Part shown: in pieces, positions 50,202 to 59,175 of the stretch
Layout of the letters: each line of letters starts with the position of its first letter
Numbering within the stretch: position 1 is the stretch's first letter
Notes under the pieces: generated by a model
Database searches by the model: none
The model's input: only the letters and a program-made list of their open reading frames with translations
What the model was told of the DNA's origin: nothing
Assembly (NCBI GenBank): GCA_037305845.1
Contig: CP147778.1
Span: 2,944,001-3,008,000, forward strand
DNA length: 64,000 bases
Source: Candidatus Freyarchaeum deiterrae
Lineage (GTDB): Archaea; Asgardarchaeota; Jordiarchaeia; Jordiarchaeales; Jordiarchaeaceae
Reading direction: 5' to 3'
Translations under genes and position numbers: made by a program

Positions 50202-51944
50202 ATGTTTAGATTAAAAAAGTCCGTGAAGTTGCCAGACTATGTTAAGAAGAAAATCTGGTTGGATTACTATCCTAAGGATTTTCCCAAAGAGATTGAAATT
50301 CCTGAAAACATGTCATTACCCGATATATTCGACGAGTCAGTAGAAAAGTGGGGTGATGATGTTTTCCGGATTTTTTATGGTAAAGAATACACCCGCAGAC
50401 AGATCCAAGACTGGGCTAAGAGGTTAGCAACAGCCCTCTACAACCTGGGAGTGAGAAAGGGTGATGTGGTGGCAATCTACCTCCCCAACTCTCCCCAGTT
50501 CATTACCTCGTACTCAGCCATTTTACGGATAGGGGCTGTTGTTACCCCTATCAGTCCCCTGTTTGTGCCCCGTGAGGTTGCCTACCAGTTAAATGACAGC
50601 AGGGCTGAAACCATAATAACAACGGATCTCTTCTACGACAAAGTGAAGCAGATCAAGGACGAAACCCTGCTCAAACACGTTATTATATGCAACCTCCAGG
50701 GAGAGAAGCTTCAGGTCCCGAAGGAAGACTTGGACGAAGTATTGAACTACGACGAGTTGTTAGAGAAAACTCCACCCAACCCGCCAAAGGTGAAGATAAA
50801 ACCCAAAGAAGACGTAGCTGTGCTCCAGTACACCGGAGGCACAACCGGTCTACCTAAAGGCGCAATGCTTACCCACTACAACATTATAGCGGATGGTCAC
50901 CAGTTGGGGACGGTTTCAGAAGCTCTTAACAAAAAGTTAGGCATTGAGAGATCAATAGCGATATGTGTCTTGCCCTGGTATCACATTTATGGTCAGATCA
51001 CCGATGTTATCATTCCTCATTTGCGAAATACGTTCGCTGTTTGTTTTGCCCAGTTTGACCCCGTTCTGGTTCTTGAGGCGATTCAGAAGTATAAGCCTAA
51101 CCTCATGGCCGTGGTTCCTACTCTTTTGGCCTTTCTATTGATGCATCCCAAATCTCGTGATACTGATTTTTCCAGTTTGAAGTATGTTGTTGCGGCTGCG
51201 TCTCCCGCTTCCATTGAACTTACTAAGCAATGGAATAGTGTGTCGGGTAATCCTCTTAGTGAGGGTTATGGTTTGACGGAAGCTTCTCCTTCTACTCATA
51301 ATCGTTGTGCCCTGCTTTTTGGTGATGTGCCGGGTTCTATCGGTCCTCCTCTTCCGAACACCCTAGCGGGTATCGTGGATCCGGAAACCAATGATTTCTT
51401 GCCTATCGGTGAGGTGGGTGAGCTAGTGATTAGTGGTCCGCAGGTTATGAAGAGTTACTGGAATCGCCCCGAGGATACCAAGAAGGTGTTCTTTAAGGCT
51501 GGTGGTAAGAGGTGGTTGAAGACCGGTGACATTGGTAAGATGGATGAGAAAGGCTATTTCTACATTTTGGATCGTACCAAGGACATAATAAAGTATAAGG
51601 GACACAGTGTTTATCCCAGGGAGATTGAAGAAGTTTTATATCAGCATGAGGCGGTTTTGGACGCTGCGGTGATTGGTGTGCCTGACCCTGAGACGGGTGA
51701 GCAGATTAAGGCGTTTGTGGTTCTGAAGCCGGAGTTTAAGGGTAAGGTCCAAGAGGATGACATTCTGGACTGGTGCAAGGAGCGTATGGGTGCCGACAAG
51801 TATCCTAGGTACGTAGAGTTTAGGGACTTTGTTCCAAGGAGTTTGATTGGTAAGGCTCTAAGAAGAGTGCTGAGAGAAGAGGAAGCAAAGAAAGCACAGG
51901 CAGCAGAGAAAGCGCCGGAAATAAAGAAAGCAGAAATTATCTAG
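50202..51944 (+). CDS. Long-chain fatty acid--CoA ligase, paralog 2
   Basis: QYTGGTTGLPKG, EGYGLTEASP, TGDIG, PRSLIGK. Confidence 0.93.
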   Translation: MFRLKKSVKLPDYVKKKIWLDYYPKDFPKEIEIPENMSLPDIFDESVEKWGDDVFRIFYGKEYTRRQIQDWAKRLATALYNLGVRKGDVVAIYLPNSPQFITSYSAILRIGAVVTPISPLFVPREVAYQLNDSRAETIITTDLFYDKVKQIKDETLLKHVIICNLQGEKLQVPKEDLDEVLNYDELLEKTPPNPPKVKIKPKEDVAVLQYTGGTTGLPKGAMLTHYNIIADGHQLGTVSEALNKKLGIERSIAICVLPWYHIYGQITDVIIPHLRNTFAVCFAQFDPVLVLEAIQKYKPNLMAVVPTLLAFLLMHPKSRDTDFSSLKYVVAAASPASIELTKQWNSVSGNPLSEGYGLTEASPSTHNRCALLFGDVPGSIGPPLPNTLAGIVDPETNDFLPIGEVGELVISGPQVMKSYWNRPEDTKKVFFKAGGKRWLKTGDIGKMDEKGYFYILDRTKDIIKYKGHSVYPREIEEVLYQHEAVLDAAVIGVPDPETGEQIKAFVVLKPEFKGKVQEDDILDWCKERMGADKYPRYVEFRDFVPRSLIGKALRRVLREEEAKKAQAAEKAPEIKKAEII

Positions 51945-52271
51945 AATTTTCCTTCTCCCTTTTTACTCTTTATTTTTAATTTGTTCCTTTTTTTGGTCAG
52001 GCAGTTGATTTGGTTTGTATCTTTTTCCTAGCTTCTAAGAATATAAACCCAAACTGACAACACTTGTAATTACCATTTAAGATTATTGCAATTTTTCTAA
52101 AATCTTTCGCTTGAAATATTCTTTAGAGCTATATTATCAGCTCAGTTCGATTTTTACATGCCTACTCTCTGATGAGAATATTTTTTACTGAAGATCTTCA
52201 ATTTTTTTGCAACTATTTGTAAAATTTATGGACAGAAAAAAATATAATACAAAAATATACAATTTATATTA

Positions 52272-53363
52272 GTGACATTTGCGAGGAATGCAATTTTGAT
52301 TGAAGAGGTTAATGTTGACAAGCTTATCGAGCTTGTTGAGCGGAATATAGGTACTTGGAAGCCCCTAGCGGTAGCCATAGTTGACGTAAACTACAAGGTT
52401 TGGGGTGAAAAGGGGAGCGTTCCCAAAAATATTCTCGACTACTACAAGAAGTTCCCCCTATCAGGTATGCGCGTGGGGGACAGCATTAACAACAATGGCT
52501 CTTTTCTCATGAAGGTCACAGAGAAAACGGGTGTCATAGTGATTTTGGGCGACCATCAAATATCTAGGCTAGCCACAATAAATCTCAGGGGCCGGCTCAA
52601 CGCCCTGTCAGACTTCTACAATCTAGAAAAACTCGTCAAGGAACCTTTGAGTGAAGAGGTTAATGTTGACAAGCTTATCGAGCTTGTTGAGCTGAACGTA
52701 GGTAAATGGAAGCCCCTAGCGGTAGCCATAGTTGACGTAAACTACAAGCTTTGGGGCGAAAAGGGGAGCGTTCCCAAAAATATTCTCGACTACTACAAGA
52801 AGTTCTCCCTATCAGACATGCAAGTTGGAGACAACGTTAACAACAACGGCTCCTTCCTAATGAAGGTCACGAAGAAAACGGGAGTCATAGTAGTCATGGG
52901 CGACCATCAAATATCTAGGCTCGCCGCAATAAACCTAAGGGAGCGCCTCAACGCCTTATCAGACTTCTACAATCTAGAAAACCTCATCAAAGAGGAGGAA
53001 AAAAATCCTCTGAGCGAAGCAAGTAATGTAGAAAATCTAATTGAGCTCGTTGAGCGGAACATTGGTAACTGGAAGCCTTCATCGCTAGCCATAGTTGACC
53101 TAAACTACAAGGTTTGGGGCGAAAAGGGGAGCGTTCCCAAAAATATTCTCGACTACTATAAGAAGTTCCCCCTATCGGACATGCAAATGGGAGACAACAT
53201 GAACAATAGCGGTTCCTTCCTCATGAAGGTCAATGAGGAAACCGGAATCATAGCTGTTATGGGAGACCTTCAAATATCTAGGCGCGCCGCAATAACTCTC
53301 AGGGGCCGGCTTAACAACCTATCAGAGTTCTGCGCTCAGTTATCTCAAAAAAGAGAAGGATAA
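52272..53363 (+). CDS. Protein of three tandem ~117-aa unknown domains, paralog of 48626..49708
   Basis: Same domain three times, with the same 351/363 bp periods. Confidence 0.85.
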   Translation: MTFARNAILIEEVNVDKLIELVERNIGTWKPLAVAIVDVNYKVWGEKGSVPKNILDYYKKFPLSGMRVGDSINNNGSFLMKVTEKTGVIVILGDHQISRLATINLRGRLNALSDFYNLEKLVKEPLSEEVNVDKLIELVELNVGKWKPLAVAIVDVNYKLWGEKGSVPKNILDYYKKFSLSDMQVGDNVNNNGSFLMKVTKKTGVIVVMGDHQISRLAAINLRERLNALSDFYNLENLIKEEEKNPLSEASNVENLIELVERNIGNWKPSSLAIVDLNYKVWGEKGSVPKNILDYYKKFPLSDMQMGDNMNNSGSFLMKVNEETGIIAVMGDLQISRRAAITLRGRLNNLSEFCAQLSQKREG

Positions 53364-53489
53364 AAACCACATTTCGCGAAATGCTAAAAAGAGAGCAGAA
53401 GCATTAAATATACGAGAATAACTTAATAATTCTATACTTTTTAAAGAAAATTTTTGCTCTTTTAAAGGCTTAGGTGTGGAGGCCTTTGC

Positions 53490-53840
53490 ATGACGAATCC
53501 TAGTTTGGATAAGATGATTGAACTGGTTGAGCTGAATATTGGTCGTTTGAAGCCTGAAGCGGTGGGCATAGTTGACGTAAAATACGGGGTATGGGGTGAA
53601 AAGGGTAGTTTTCCTATGGGGACTCTCGATCATTACAAGAAGTTCCCCCTATCAGACATGCACCGAGGAGACAGCATTCACAACAACAATACGTTCCTCA
53701 TGAAGGTCACAGAGAAAACGGGAATCATAGTTGTTATGAGCGACCTCCACACAGCCAGGCTCGCAGCAATAAACCTCAGGGAGCATCTCAACGCGCTGTC
53801 AGACTTCTACAAACTCGAAAAATCAATAAAAAAAAGATAA
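53490..53840 (+). CDS. Single-copy ~116-aa version of the same unknown domain
   Basis: KMIELVELNIG.LKPEAVGIVDVKYGVWGEKG...FLMKVTEKTGIIVVM...RLAAINLR..LNALSDFY; GGAGG RBS. Confidence 0.85.
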   Translation: MTNPSLDKMIELVELNIGRLKPEAVGIVDVKYGVWGEKGSFPMGTLDHYKKFPLSDMHRGDSIHNNNTFLMKVTEKTGIIVVMSDLHTARLAAINLREHLNALSDFYKLEKSIKKR

Positions 53841-53961
53841 AAAGTCTAGAATTGGGAAACCCGGAAAAACCCGAAGTAGGAAACCAAGAGTCTCATTAAA
53901 ACCCGAAGCAGGACAAGGGAAAACCCCACCCAAAAGAAAAAAATAATTTTACATCAGCGAA

Positions 53962-53996
53962 TAATAGTATTTATTAATTTGTAAACCGATAAATTA
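53962..53996 (+). promoter_or_regulatory. Conserved acyl-CoA ligase promoter/operator element, copy 3
   Basis: TAATAGTATTTATTAATTTGTAAACCGATAAATTA. Confidence 0.65.
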
Positions 53997-54031
53997 AACT
54001 GTGCATATTTCAATTGAGGTGAATTATACTC

Positions 54032-55753
54032 ATGTTTAGATTAAAAAGGTCTGTGAAATTGCCAGACTATGTTAAGAAAAAAATCTGGTTGAAGTACTAT
54101 CCGAAGGATCTTCCCGCAAAAGTTGAAATTCCCAATAAGTCCTTACCTCAAGTATTCGAAGAAGCGGCGAAAACGCATGCTGAGGAAGTCAGCGTGATTT
54201 TTTATGGTAAAGAAGTCCGCCGCAAAGAAATCTATGAAGGGTCTTGCCGGCTTGCAACAGCGCTCCACAATATGGGAATAGGAAAGGGTGATGTGGTCGC
54301 GCTTTATCTGCCCAACTGCATAAATTTTATAATTTCATACCAGGGCATTCTAAGATCAGGGGCTATGGCTACCACTATCAATCCGCTGTTCGTGCCCCGT
54401 GAGATTGCCTACCAGTTACAGGATAGCGGAGCAGAAACCATCATAACAATGGACATGTTCTACAACAATGTGAAACAGATTAAAGATGAAACCCAGCTCA
54501 AAAACATTATTCTTTGCAACCTCAAGGGAGAGAAGCTCCAAGTCGATAAAGAAGACCTAGACAAAATATTGAACTACGACGAACTAATGGACAAAACTCC
54601 ACCAAACCCGCCGAATTTAGAGATAAACCCCACACAAGATATAGCTGTACTCCAATACACGGGCGGCACAACCGGCCTGCCTAAGGGCGTGTTGCTCACA
54701 CATCACAACCTCATAGCAAACGCATATCAAGTTGCAGCCGTGGGAAGGGCACATTTAAAAGCTATGAACGAAGACAAAGTTAGATCCATCAGTGTAATCC
54801 CTTGGTATCATATATACGGTCAGAGTAATGAGCTTGTTTTGTCTGCTTGCGAGTTGGTTCCTAAGGAGACGACCCATGCTTTTACCCAGTTTGATCCAGC
54901 TCAGATTCTTGACGCAATCCAGAAGTATAGGCCGAACGTTATGGCAGCAGTTCCTACCATTCTCGCCATGTTATTATATCATCCTAAGGCTAATGATACT
55001 GATTTTACCAGTTTGAAGGCTCTTACTATGGGTTCAAGTTCCTGTCCTATTGAGCTTTTGAAGAAGTGGGAGGAAGTGTCGGGCAATCCCCTTAGTGAAG
55101 GTTATGGTTTGACCGAGGCTAGCCCAGCTGTTCTTACTCGTCAAGCGTGGATTTTCGGTAATGTACCGGGTTCTGTTGGTGTCCCGATTCCGAGCACCCT
55201 AGCGGGTATCGTGGATCCCGATACTAATGATTTCTTACCGCTCGGTGAGCTGGGCGAACTGGTGGTTAGCGGTCCTCAAGTTATGAAGGGTTACTGGAAA
55301 CGCCCCGAAGACACTAAGAATGTATTCTTTAAGGCTGGCAGAAGGAGATGGTTGAAGACCGGCGACCTTGCACGAATGGATGAGAAGGGATACTTCTACA
55401 TTGTGGATCGTACCAAAGACATAATCAAATATAAGGGTCACAGTGTCTATCCGAGGGAAATTGAAGAAGTTTTATATGAGAACGAGGCTGTCATGGACGC
55501 TGCTGTTATCGGTGTGCCTGACTCCATGGTGGGTGAGCAGATCAAGGCTTTTATCGTTTTGAAGCCCGGTTTTAAGGGTAAGGTTAAAGAGTACGAAATT
55601 CTAGACTGGTGCAAAGAGCGTATGGGAGGGGACAAGTATCCAAGGAGCATAGAGTTAAGGGACTCTCTCCCCAAGAGTCTGATTGGTAAGACTCTAAGAA
55701 AAGTGCTGAGAGAACAGGAAGCAAAGAAAGCACGGGACACAGAGGTCGTTTAG
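54032..55753 (+). CDS. Long-chain fatty acid--CoA ligase, paralog 3
   Basis: QYTGGTTGLPKG, EGYGLTEASP, TGDLARMD, LPKSLIGK. Confidence 0.93.
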   Translation: MFRLKRSVKLPDYVKKKIWLKYYPKDLPAKVEIPNKSLPQVFEEAAKTHAEEVSVIFYGKEVRRKEIYEGSCRLATALHNMGIGKGDVVALYLPNCINFIISYQGILRSGAMATTINPLFVPREIAYQLQDSGAETIITMDMFYNNVKQIKDETQLKNIILCNLKGEKLQVDKEDLDKILNYDELMDKTPPNPPNLEINPTQDIAVLQYTGGTTGLPKGVLLTHHNLIANAYQVAAVGRAHLKAMNEDKVRSISVIPWYHIYGQSNELVLSACELVPKETTHAFTQFDPAQILDAIQKYRPNVMAAVPTILAMLLYHPKANDTDFTSLKALTMGSSSCPIELLKKWEEVSGNPLSEGYGLTEASPAVLTRQAWIFGNVPGSVGVPIPSTLAGIVDPDTNDFLPLGELGELVVSGPQVMKGYWKRPEDTKNVFFKAGRRRWLKTGDLARMDEKGYFYIVDRTKDIIKYKGHSVYPREIEEVLYENEAVMDAAVIGVPDSMVGEQIKAFIVLKPGFKGKVKEYEILDWCKERMGGDKYPRSIELRDSLPKSLIGKTLRKVLREQEAKKARDTEVV

Positions 55754-56009
55754 AATTTTCCTTCTCTTTTTTTTGTCTTTTTTTATTTTATAGCTTTTTG
55801 GCGAGTTTTGCGAATTGGTTTGTATCGTTTTCTTATTGTATAATGACTATATACCTAAACTTACAACCCTTGGAATTGCAATTCAATATTATCGCAATTA
55901 TTATGAACTATTTCGCGTTAAATATTCATGAAATATACAGATAATGCAGTTTTTTTCTCCTATTTTGCGAAAATAATATATGTACTTATTTTAAGTATAT
56001 TATGTAGCA

Positions 56010-56300
56010 ATGCTATTAAAAGGGGTGAAAGCAACAATGACAAAAAGGCAAAGAATAGAGTTTCCTAGAACAGTGAGACTCAATCTATTATATTGGCTGT
56101 ACTTCTGGAATCCCATATGTCTTGGTTTGTCATTCGTAGGTTTAATTGTTTCATTTATCTACTCGAATCCATGGGCGGTAACGGCCTTTGGATTAGGATT
56201 GGTTACTTCGCTTTGCCTAGAAGTTTGGAGAAGCTACTTGAAGCTGAAATACAATAAAGCCAACATAACGCAAAAAGCACAAGATAGAGAAAAAGACTAA
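56010..56300 (+). CDS. Small two-TM membrane protein
   Basis: Two hydrophobic segments; GGGGTG RBS before the internal ATG. Confidence 0.6.
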   Translation: MLLKGVKATMTKRQRIEFPRTVRLNLLYWLYFWNPICLGLSFVGLIVSFIYSNPWAVTAFGLGLVTSLCLEVWRSYLKLKYNKANITQKAQDREKD

Positions 56301-56569
56301 TTAAAGTGCTCTTCACTTATTTTTTGTATTATAAAAATTTTCCAAGCAATTCTTCTTTGTTTTTCCGTTTTATCCTATTTTGAGATTAAATACGATAATG
56401 ATTATCTCTACTGAAAACTTAAAATGTTGAATGCATTGCATTAAGATTGATTATTACAATTTTTCCTCATGTAACTATAAGACGAAGATCTTTTTGACTT
56501 GATGCTAGTTTTTTTCAGACATATGTATGCAATATTTAATGTCAGTTTCAAAAAGTTTAATTAGGCGAC

Positions 56570-57328
56570 ATGAATATTACCAAAGCCATGGATCCAATAT
56601 CGCAATTTTTGGCGCAATACATAAACTTCCTCATGAATCTCATTCCTCCATCTGGTTTACTGCAGCAATTATCAAGATTTCTCATGAATTTCATTTCTTC
56701 CGTAGGCTACCCTGGAGTCTTCCTACTTATGATTGCGGAGAGTGCGGTTCTCCCAGTGCCCAGCGAGGTTGTCATGCCTTTCGCTGGCTACTTGGCTTAT
56801 ACCGGCACGTTTGATATTTGGCTTGTAACACTTATGGGTGTCCTAGGCAACCTAGTCGGCTCTTGGATAGCGTACATTGTAGGTTTAAAGGTTGGAAGGG
56901 CCGGGATTATAAAATACGGCAAATATATTCTGCTTAGAGAGAGCCATGTTGAACAAGCAGAGAGCTGGTTCCAAAAATATGGAGACAAAGCCATTTTCGC
57001 AAGCAGACTTTTGCCAGTTCTTAGAACTGTAATTTCTCTGCCAGCTGGAATTGGTAAAATGGATCCCAAAAAGTTCACACTATATACTTTCGTTGGGTCT
57101 ATCCCTTGGGATTTCGCTCTCGCTTATCTAGGATATACACTCGGACAAAATTGGAACGCAATCGAGGGCTATTTTAAATACATTGACATTTTAATCATAG
57201 TGGCCGCAGTTGCTATCATAGCATTCTACATCATAAGAAGGAGAAGAAGAAAATCAACACAGCCTAAGCAATATGGTAAGGCTGAGGCTAAAGAGTCTAA
57301 GACAGCTTCTAAGGCAAAGAAAGCGTAA
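56570..57328 (+). CDS. DedA/SNARE-associated Golgi (VTT domain) membrane protein
   Basis: ESAVLPVPSEVVMPFAG, WFQKYG..AIFASRLLPVLRTVISLPAG. Confidence 0.93.
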   Translation: MNITKAMDPISQFLAQYINFLMNLIPPSGLLQQLSRFLMNFISSVGYPGVFLLMIAESAVLPVPSEVVMPFAGYLAYTGTFDIWLVTLMGVLGNLVGSWIAYIVGLKVGRAGIIKYGKYILLRESHVEQAESWFQKYGDKAIFASRLLPVLRTVISLPAGIGKMDPKKFTLYTFVGSIPWDFALAYLGYTLGQNWNAIEGYFKYIDILIIVAAVAIIAFYIIRRRRRKSTQPKQYGKAEAKESKTASKAKKA

Positions 57329-57536
57329 ACCGCCTCTAAAATAGAGGATGCTTAAGAATTAGAGGGTCTCTCTTTTTTATTTCATCCAATGCCACAAAAA
57401 CCTTCAATCCATTTTCCGCTTTGTTCCCTATTTTTAGCCATTTTAAACGGAACTGAAGGATAAAATTATTCTTATTAAAAAAATTTAAATATCGATTGCA
57501 AGGATTGCTATAAACAAAAGTAATGGAGGGTAAAGT

Positions 57537-58676
57537 TTGCCTATAGATTTTGGTTTTACCCCAGAGCAGGAAAAGCTAAGAGCTTCTGTGAAAGAGTGGT
57601 GTCAAAAAGAGATTACTCCATTAGTGAATGAGATGGAAGAGAAAGAAGAATTCAATAAAGGTCTCGTCGCTAAATTTAAGAAAAAATTTCTGAACATGTG
57701 GATTCCCAAAAAGTATGGAGGAACAGACGCCGATACTGTTGATATATGCATTGTGGCTGAAGAAGTCGGCTACGCTTGTGGCTCATGTCTAACCCTCCTT
57801 GAGGTAGGAGGTTTAGGATGCTTACCAATTGTATTCGGTGGAACCGAGGAACAGAAAAAGAAATTCCTAGTGCCAATAGCGAACGGAGAACATTTTTACG
57901 GTTTCGGATTAACCGATGAGGGATCAGGCTCAGACGTCGCAAACATGAAGCTAACAGCCGAGAAGAAAAACGGTGAATACGTTCTAAACGGTATGAAACG
58001 CTTAATAAGTAACTGTGATATAGCCCACAGCATTACCGTCTTCGCGAAAACAGATCCCGAAAAAGGAGCTGGAGGCATTAGCGCCTTCGTGGTTGATCTC
58101 GGAACCCCGGGATTTGTTATTGGTAAAAGACTGTGGGGGTGGGGAATAAAAGTACACCACACAAACGAATTAGAGTTCCATGACTGTGCATTACCTGCGG
58201 AAAGACTGTTAGGTGAAGAGAATAAAGGCTTCGTCTACGCCATGAAAACACTTGACAGAACCAGACTGGTTTTAGCTGCGGGCAATGTAGGAATAGGCCG
58301 AGCCGCCTTCGACGTAGCAGTAAAGTTCTCACAGGAAAGAGAGGCTTTCGGAAAACCCATATCAGAAAATCAGGCAATAAGTTTCAGACTCGCCGAATTA
58401 GCAACAGAGATTGAAGCCGCACGCCTCCTAGCGTACAAGGCAGCCTGGCTGGATAACAAGAAGGTTCGCCATACTGTAGAGACATCGATGGCTAAGTACT
58501 ACGCCTGCGAGTTGGCAGCAAAATCAGCTGAGTCCGCTGTGAAAATACTGGGCGGCTACGGTTGGAGCAAAGATTACCCAGTTATGATTCATCTACACGA
58601 CGCGCTGGGATTCATTAACGCTCAGGGAACATCAGAAATACACAAATTGATAATATCAAGATCCCTATACGATTAA
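57537..58676 (+). CDS. Acyl-CoA dehydrogenase
   Basis: GLTDEGSGSD, LNGMKRLISN, REAFGKPISENQ, SMAK, ILGGYG, GTSEI. Confidence 0.95.
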   Translation: MPIDFGFTPEQEKLRASVKEWCQKEITPLVNEMEEKEEFNKGLVAKFKKKFLNMWIPKKYGGTDADTVDICIVAEEVGYACGSCLTLLEVGGLGCLPIVFGGTEEQKKKFLVPIANGEHFYGFGLTDEGSGSDVANMKLTAEKKNGEYVLNGMKRLISNCDIAHSITVFAKTDPEKGAGGISAFVVDLGTPGFVIGKRLWGWGIKVHHTNELEFHDCALPAERLLGEENKGFVYAMKTLDRTRLVLAAGNVGIGRAAFDVAVKFSQEREAFGKPISENQAISFRLAELATEIEAARLLAYKAAWLDNKKVRHTVETSMAKYYACELAAKSAESAVKILGGYGWSKDYPVMIHLHDALGFINAQGTSEIHKLIISRSLYD

Positions 58677-58791
58677 ATTCTATTCCTTTTTTTTATATTA
58701 TTGTGATGCAAATGTATAGTTATTTCACTTTGAATTATCTGTTTGGATTTTTGGTGTAGTTGTACTCAGAACTATTTTTTGTAAAATTCTA

Positions 58792-59040
58792 TTATTCATG
58801 TTTCAGAACATGCTCTCTTAGAGTGGTGGTTTTCTCGGGCAAATATTTCTCCAAGATCTCAATTATCTGCTCGTTTATTTTTTCGTGTTGAGGTCCACAG
58901 GCGCTTACACTTTGTTTACCCCTTAAGATGCCTGCAGTGTTTTCGGTTATGCGGATCAGCTCGGTGGCAATTACTCCATTTAACCAGATAAGATCCTTTA
59001 GTAGTTCCTTCAACTCGTTCAGTTCTTTTTCAGCTTTCAC
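58792..59040 (-). CDS. Small helical hypothetical protein
   Basis: LIWLNGVIATELIRITENT...HVLKHE; GTG start after a GGGTGA RBS. Confidence 0.65.
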   Translation of the reverse strand: MKAEKELNELKELLKDLIWLNGVIATELIRITENTAGILRGKQSVSACGPQHEKINEQIIEILEKYLPEKTTTLREHVLKHE

Positions 59041-59175
59041 ACAAATCACCCAGAATAACCCTTCAATAATAATTTCAAGTATATACAAAAAATTTTTTAT
59101 CTTAAAAGACTAGATTTTTTGACTTTAGTTTTGTTTAGAATGTTTAAAAAATGTGTCAAAAAATTGTTTTCATTT

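Larger units (their letters stand above)
48211..55930 (+). repeat. Tandem duplication of a ~3.9 kb cassette (48211-52132 / 52133-55930)
   Basis: Matching non-coding ends (TTATCAGCTCAGTT.GATTTTTACATG at 48211/52133; post-ligase 3' regions 51941-52120 / 55750-55930) and the same gene order. Confidence 0.85.

Noticed and set aside
48626-53840. Repeats as a CRISPR array or as DGR template/variable repeats
   Set aside because: The repeats are 351/363-bp in-frame coding units with no spacers. There is no reverse transcriptase or cas gene in the window, and differences are not confined to adenines.
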